Shown here piece after piece: positions 59,938 through 64,000 of a stretch of 64,000 nucleotides of DNA (positions are counted from its first letter, which is position 1; each line of letters starts with the position of its first letter). The notes under the pieces are model-generated. The model saw nothing but the letters and a program-made list of their open reading frames with translations, ran no database searches and was not told the DNA's origin. The position numbers and the translations under genes are program-made. The stretch lies in NCBI GenBank assembly GCA_965215265.1, contig OZ244048.1, positions 768,001 to 832,000 on the forward strand, given 5' to 3'. The stretch comes from Candidatus Poribacteria bacterium (GTDB taxonomy: Bacteria > Poribacteria > WGA-4E > WGA-3G).

Positions 59938-62487
59938 TCATATCCCTGTCCACTCTATCCCCATATTTTTCAGATGCACTTCCAGCTGCGCGCTGAACGC
60001 TGACACTTTGACGGCTAATTCTCGCAACGGCATCGCATAACGCCCCGCCAACCCCTGCACACTCCCCGTCAACGCTTGCGTCACCCCTTCTATTTCCGCC
60101 TCAATCGCCCCATGGATACTGGCTAACCACTTCCCTTCCACTACCAACGTCTTAATCTCTATTTCGCGCAGCTCCGCATACTTCCCAAGCACCGAAACCG
60201 CCAGCGCCTCTGATGTCTCTTTCTGCAGCCGCTGCAGGCGCGTCTCCTCCCCTATCAGCTGCAGATACTCATAAAGAACGTCCAATTCCGCAAACAGACA
60301 CCCGGCATCCTTCACGCCCTTCGTCCAGGCGCAAGCACCGAAACTCGCTTTCTTAATCGCTTTCGCCTGTTCAGACGCAGCAGTGCCTTCAGCAAACTCC
60401 CTCAAAATAATGTCCCTATACTCCATCACGCGCTGTAGCACATTCCCCTTGCTTATGCCTCGCGCCCCTTCAAGCCCAGCCAGCGCACCACCCTCTGCGG
60501 CGTGTTCCTCAACGAACGCCTCAACTTCCTGCGCTGCCCTTTCATGCGACGCTTGGAGGCACTCTATAGCCGCCTGCTCATCCGAAAAGTAGCGTGCAAC
60601 AATCAGACCCGGCGGTATCAGATCCAGCTTATATTTCTTGCGCTTGACGACGAGGTCCGGTGCCTCCTTGATCCGCTTATCCTGAATCAGCGCGCGCGGT
60701 TTCACCCCTTCACGCCACCCCTCGGCAGCGATAAGATACACATCGTCCTGCATCACCGCTTCCCAATAATCCATCAATCCTTGGTAGACATCATACGCAT
60801 CCAGCAGCGGCGCGTCTGCAAAGTACGTCAGTAAATCCGCAGACAACGCATCAATTACCGCTTTAGGCGATGTCCCTACCTCAATGCCAAACAGACGCCG
60901 CGTGTGAACCTCACGCCAAGCGTGAAAACACCTCTCAACCCCCCGCCGGTAAACTTCTAACTCATGATGTCCTACTATCGTGCTTTTCACTTCTTCTGCT
61001 TCCACGCGCACATCGCTATAGCCCGGCCGGATGCCACTCTCAAACAACTCCTCACGTAATGTCGGGAATACCTTCCAATACCCCTCCAAGCTGGCAAGCT
61101 CACTCTCAGGAATCCCACCGTTCAGGTGGGCATCCAAGTCATGCAAATCTTCCGCCTCGCTCGCATCTAGATAGCGCGGGATGTTCAGATTGTAGGCGTT
61201 CGCGGCACTCGCAATCTCAGACACGGGCACCAGCCGCGCATAACCCGCCATCTCCCGCTGTTCGGTGAACACCCTCACTATTTTATCAATATCTCGCGCA
61301 CGCAGCCTATTCTTGTTACCCGCCTTCAGGAACCCCCGGCTCGCATCTATCAGGAAGATGCCACGGCGCGCAGGCGCCTTCTCCTTGTCAATAACCAGAA
61401 TACACGCGGGAATGCCGGTACCGTAGAACAGATTCGCAGGCAACCCGATTATCCCCTTGATGAACCCACGCTTGACCAACGCTTTCCGAATCTCCCCTTC
61501 TCTATTCCCTCTAAACAACACGCCATGCGGCAAGATTATCGCCCCCTTCCCGTTGCTCTTCAACGAGGCGAGGAAATGGAGCAGAAAAGCATAATCTCCA
61601 TTCTTCGCAGGCGGCACTCCATACGCAAAACGGCCATAAGCGTCATGCACAGGATTCAGCCCGTTTGACCACGCTTTGTCCGAGAACGGCGGATTCGCAA
61701 CCGCAAAATCGAACGTCTTCAAACCATGCTCCGCGTTCAGAAAGTAGGGCGCGGAGAGCGTGTTACCATGCCAGAGCTCCGCCGTCGCCGTATCGTGCAA
61801 AATCATGTTCATCCTGGCCAGCGCGTAAGTCGCATGATCCTTCTCTTGTCCGTAAACCGACAACCCCCGCGGCGCCTCCGCATTTGCCCTCAGCAACAGA
61901 GACCCGGAGCCACACGCTGGATCATAGACAGTCCTATATTGGGGCGTGTCTGGGCCGATGCCGATAACTTTTGCCACTACGCGCGACACTTCCGCAGGGG
62001 TGTAGAATTGTCCCTTACTCTTCCCTGACTCCGTCGCGAAATGCCGCATCAAATACTCATACGCGTCACCCAGCAGATCCTCAGCCGATGCCCTATGCCC
62101 CCGTAAATCAAGCCCCTCAAAAATAGAAACCAGTTTCGAGAGCCGGTCCTGCATCTCTTTCCCTCTGCCCAGTTTGCTCTCATCGTTAAAATCCGCCTGA
62201 TCTATCACACCTTTCAGTTCATTGGCGTCTGCCAGTCTTCCGATGATTTTATTGATTTTGTCACCGATGTCTTTGTTCCCCTTCAACTTCACCATATCGG
62301 AGAACCCCCCGCCAGGGGGAACCACAATCAGCGTCGCATCCCCAGGCACTGCCGCCTTATCCGACACGGACTTCAGGAAAAGCAGTGTCAGCACATAGTC
62401 TTTGTATTGTGACGCGTCCATCCCACCGCGCAGCTCATCGCAGCTCGCCCATAGAGACGCGTAAAGTTGTGATTTCTTTATTCCCAT
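59938..62487 (-). CDS. hsdM: Type I R-M methyltransferase subunit (long form)
   Basis: ELRGGMDASQYKDY, GQFYTP, YDPACGSG, ANPPF, LPHGVLFRG. Confidence 0.95.
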   Translation of the reverse strand: MGIKKSQLYASLWASCDELRGGMDASQYKDYVLTLLFLKSVSDKAAVPGDATLIVVPPGGGFSDMVKLKGNKDIGDKINKIIGRLADANELKGVIDQADFNDESKLGRGKEMQDRLSKLVSIFEGLDLRGHRASAEDLLGDAYEYLMRHFATESGKSKGQFYTPAEVSRVVAKVIGIGPDTPQYRTVYDPACGSGSLLLRANAEAPRGLSVYGQEKDHATYALARMNMILHDTATAELWHGNTLSAPYFLNAEHGLKTFDFAVANPPFSDKAWSNGLNPVHDAYGRFAYGVPPAKNGDYAFLLHFLASLKSNGKGAIILPHGVLFRGNREGEIRKALVKRGFIKGIIGLPANLFYGTGIPACILVIDKEKAPARRGIFLIDASRGFLKAGNKNRLRARDIDKIVRVFTEQREMAGYARLVPVSEIASAANAYNLNIPRYLDASEAEDLHDLDAHLNGGIPESELASLEGYWKVFPTLREELFESGIRPGYSDVRVEAEEVKSTIVGHHELEVYRRGVERCFHAWREVHTRRLFGIEVGTSPKAVIDALSADLLTYFADAPLLDAYDVYQGLMDYWEAVMQDDVYLIAAEGWREGVKPRALIQDKRIKEAPDLVVKRKKYKLDLIPPGLIVARYFSDEQAAIECLQASHERAAQEVEAFVEEHAAEGGALAGLEGARGISKGNVLQRVMEYRDIILREFAEGTAASEQAKAIKKASFGACAWTKGVKDAGCLFAELDVLYEYLQLIGEETRLQRLQKETSEALAVSVLGKYAELREIEIKTLVVEGKWLASIHGAIEAEIEGVTQALTGSVQGLAGRYAMPLRELAVKVSAFSAQLEVHLKNMGIEWTGI

Positions 62488-62533
62488 ATCTCAATGCCTA
62501 TCCTTACTGGATGCTTTATTACAAGCAAGCCAT

Positions 62534-62635
62534 AAAAAAGTCATCCCTAAAACGGTAGCGATGACGCGCCTTTAAACGGTTTACGGCGTTTGCCGGCAAT
62601 TCCAACGGGAACCTCCGGGTCCCCGCTCTCCTATT
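62534..62635 (-). ncRNA. Candidate small structured RNA / attenuator upstream of hsdM
   Basis: Minus-strand promoter TTGATT-17-TATAAT (62671-62643), hairpin CGGGGACC-CGGA-GGTTCCCG, terminator GTCATC...GATGAC-T6. Confidence 0.45.
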
Positions 62636-62860
62636 TTAAATTATTATACCATTTTAACAGATAAAAATCAACTGGCTCTGATTTTTTCTTGCTTAATTTT
62701 CTAATCTGTGTTAGTATACCTATTACATCACTAGTAGCGAACATCACCCCATCTCAACCGAGTGATGAGATGAGGAGTGATGTCTCCACTAGTAACATAA
62801 ACGCATTAACTCACATATCAAACTAGGATTTGTACCCTATTGTGGTAAAAGGAATAAACC

Positions 62861-63232
62861 ATGACAAATAGTTCTATCTCAATCCTTGTGGTTGTGTTGC
62901 TCTTCAGCATGCCGTTGTCCGTATCTGCACAAGAGACGGACTCGGAAATCCAGCAAGCTCGCGAGGATGCCGAAAACGATGCCGAGAAGTACGTTTCTCT
63001 GTTATCATGGGGAGCCGCCGGCTTCGCATGTAGTTGTTTCGGTTTTGCCTATGCATACGCCTCAACTCCACAGATACCAGCAGCCAGCTTAATCGGGAAA
63101 TCGCCAACTTACGTTGCTATCTATACGGACGTATACCGCCAGCACGCCAAACGGAGACGAATGCAAGCCTCCGTTATCGGTTGGGGATTGAGCAGTGCGT
63201 TTGGCACTGTTTACTACCTGTTGGCACTCTAG
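62861..63232 (+). CDS. Small exported/membrane hypothetical protein
   Basis: Signal peptide ending in VSA; two hydrophobic segments. Confidence 0.65.
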   Translation: MTNSSISILVVVLLFSMPLSVSAQETDSEIQQAREDAENDAEKYVSLLSWGAAGFACSCFGFAYAYASTPQIPAASLIGKSPTYVAIYTDVYRQHAKRRRMQASVIGWGLSSAFGTVYYLLAL

Positions 63233-63482
63233 ACCGCTCGAACCTCTTTATAACTAACAACGGGAGGGGCCTTTTGGCTCCCTCCAACCTACAATCGCCT
63301 TCCAAATACGTTATGCACCGTTGTGTTTGCACAGGGCTGTCTCAAAACTTTTTCACGTCCACCGGGGACGCACAGGATGCTCATCGAGTAAGATGCGCTA
63401 GAAAATGCCAAAAATAAAACGAGTTGTCTTATTGAGAATGGATAATAAATGTGGTTTCATAGAGAAAAAAGGGGGAGTCCGC

Positions 63483-63986
63483 ATGAAAAATGTTTCACTT
63501 CTCTCAATACTGTGCTTGTGCTTTGCAATCGCACCCCCAGCTCTCGGGGAACTAACCCCTCAAGACTTAGACAAGATCCGCTTGATTGTCAGCCAGGAAA
63601 TCGAGCCGATTAAGGCGGATATCGTCTCTCTAAAAACAGATGTCGCATGGCTACGCGGCAAACTTGAGGGTGTTGACAAACAATTTGAAGGCGTTGACAA
63701 ACAATTTGAGGGTATTGATAAACAATTTGGGGGTGTTGACAAACAATTTGAGGGTGTTAACAAACAATTTGAGAGTGTTAATAGACAAATCACGCACAAC
63801 ACATATTTAATCTATGGGTTAATAGGACTCGTCGCGGCAGCGATAGGCATACCCCAAATTATCATGGCGTGGAGGAGCGCAAAGGATCGTGCCCTCGAAA
63901 GACAGGATCGTGTCCTCGAAAGACAGATTGAAACCCTCAGAGAGGAAATTGAAACCTTGAAAAAACAGCGGATTGTAGGCTCTTGA
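63483..63986 (+). CDS. Coiled-coil membrane protein with heptad tandem repeats
   Basis: Signal peptide, (EGVDKQF)-type repeats, TM helix, C-terminal coiled coil. Confidence 0.75.
   Translation: MKNVSLLSILCLCFAIAPPALGELTPQDLDKIRLIVSQEIEPIKADIVSLKTDVAWLRGKLEGVDKQFEGVDKQFEGIDKQFGGVDKQFEGVNKQFESVNRQITHNTYLIYGLIGLVAAAIGIPQIIMAWRSAKDRALERQDRVLERQIETLREEIETLKKQRIVGS
63666..63791 (+). repeat. Six tandem 21-bp coding repeats
   Basis: Variants of GAGGGTGTTGACAAACAATTT. Confidence 0.9.
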
Positions 63987-64000
63987 TGCGGCGCTCCCCC

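Noticed and set aside
62540-62600. c-di-GMP-I riboswitch
   Set aside because: GGCAAAC and CCTAAA...GGTAGC fragments lie on opposite strands and the GACGCAAA core is missing.
63666-63791. Tandem repeats as a CRISPR array
   Set aside because: No spacers; the units are in-frame coding repeats.

Overview
A 64 kb bacterial chromosomal window, most consistent with Candidatus Poribacteria or a relative (inference from several sulfatases, two PhyH dioxygenases, and LamG proteins ending in a V-E-x-x-x-K-L-x-T-x-W-x-x-L-K tail). Housekeeping genes include ffh-rpsP-khpA-trmD-rplS-rnhB (without rimM), yraN, a PhoR-like kinase, tsaE, comM, wza/wzc and tRNA-Ala(GGC). These are interleaved with three accessory areas. 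(1) About 23-33 kb: a divergent, tail-less FtsZ paralog behind two tandem sigma-54 promoters, a sigma-54 activator lacking a sensor domain, and two copies of an ECF-sigma cassette (one intact, one deleted to a remnant). The cassettes point at probably exported cargo: a glycine-zipper/CxxCxGxG protein, a 7-Cys peptide and LamG proteins. (2) About 49-52 kb: a repeat-bounded segment holding a decayed toxin-antitoxin remnant and an orphan Mod-type DNA methyltransferase frameshifted near a G8 tract. (3) About 58.7-62.8 kb: an hsdM-hsdS pair with no adjacent hsdR, where hsdS follows the hsdM UGA in frame and a candidate structured leader RNA lies upstream. No CRISPR array, rRNA or intact transposase was seen. 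All calls come from reading motifs by eye; no database searches were run.
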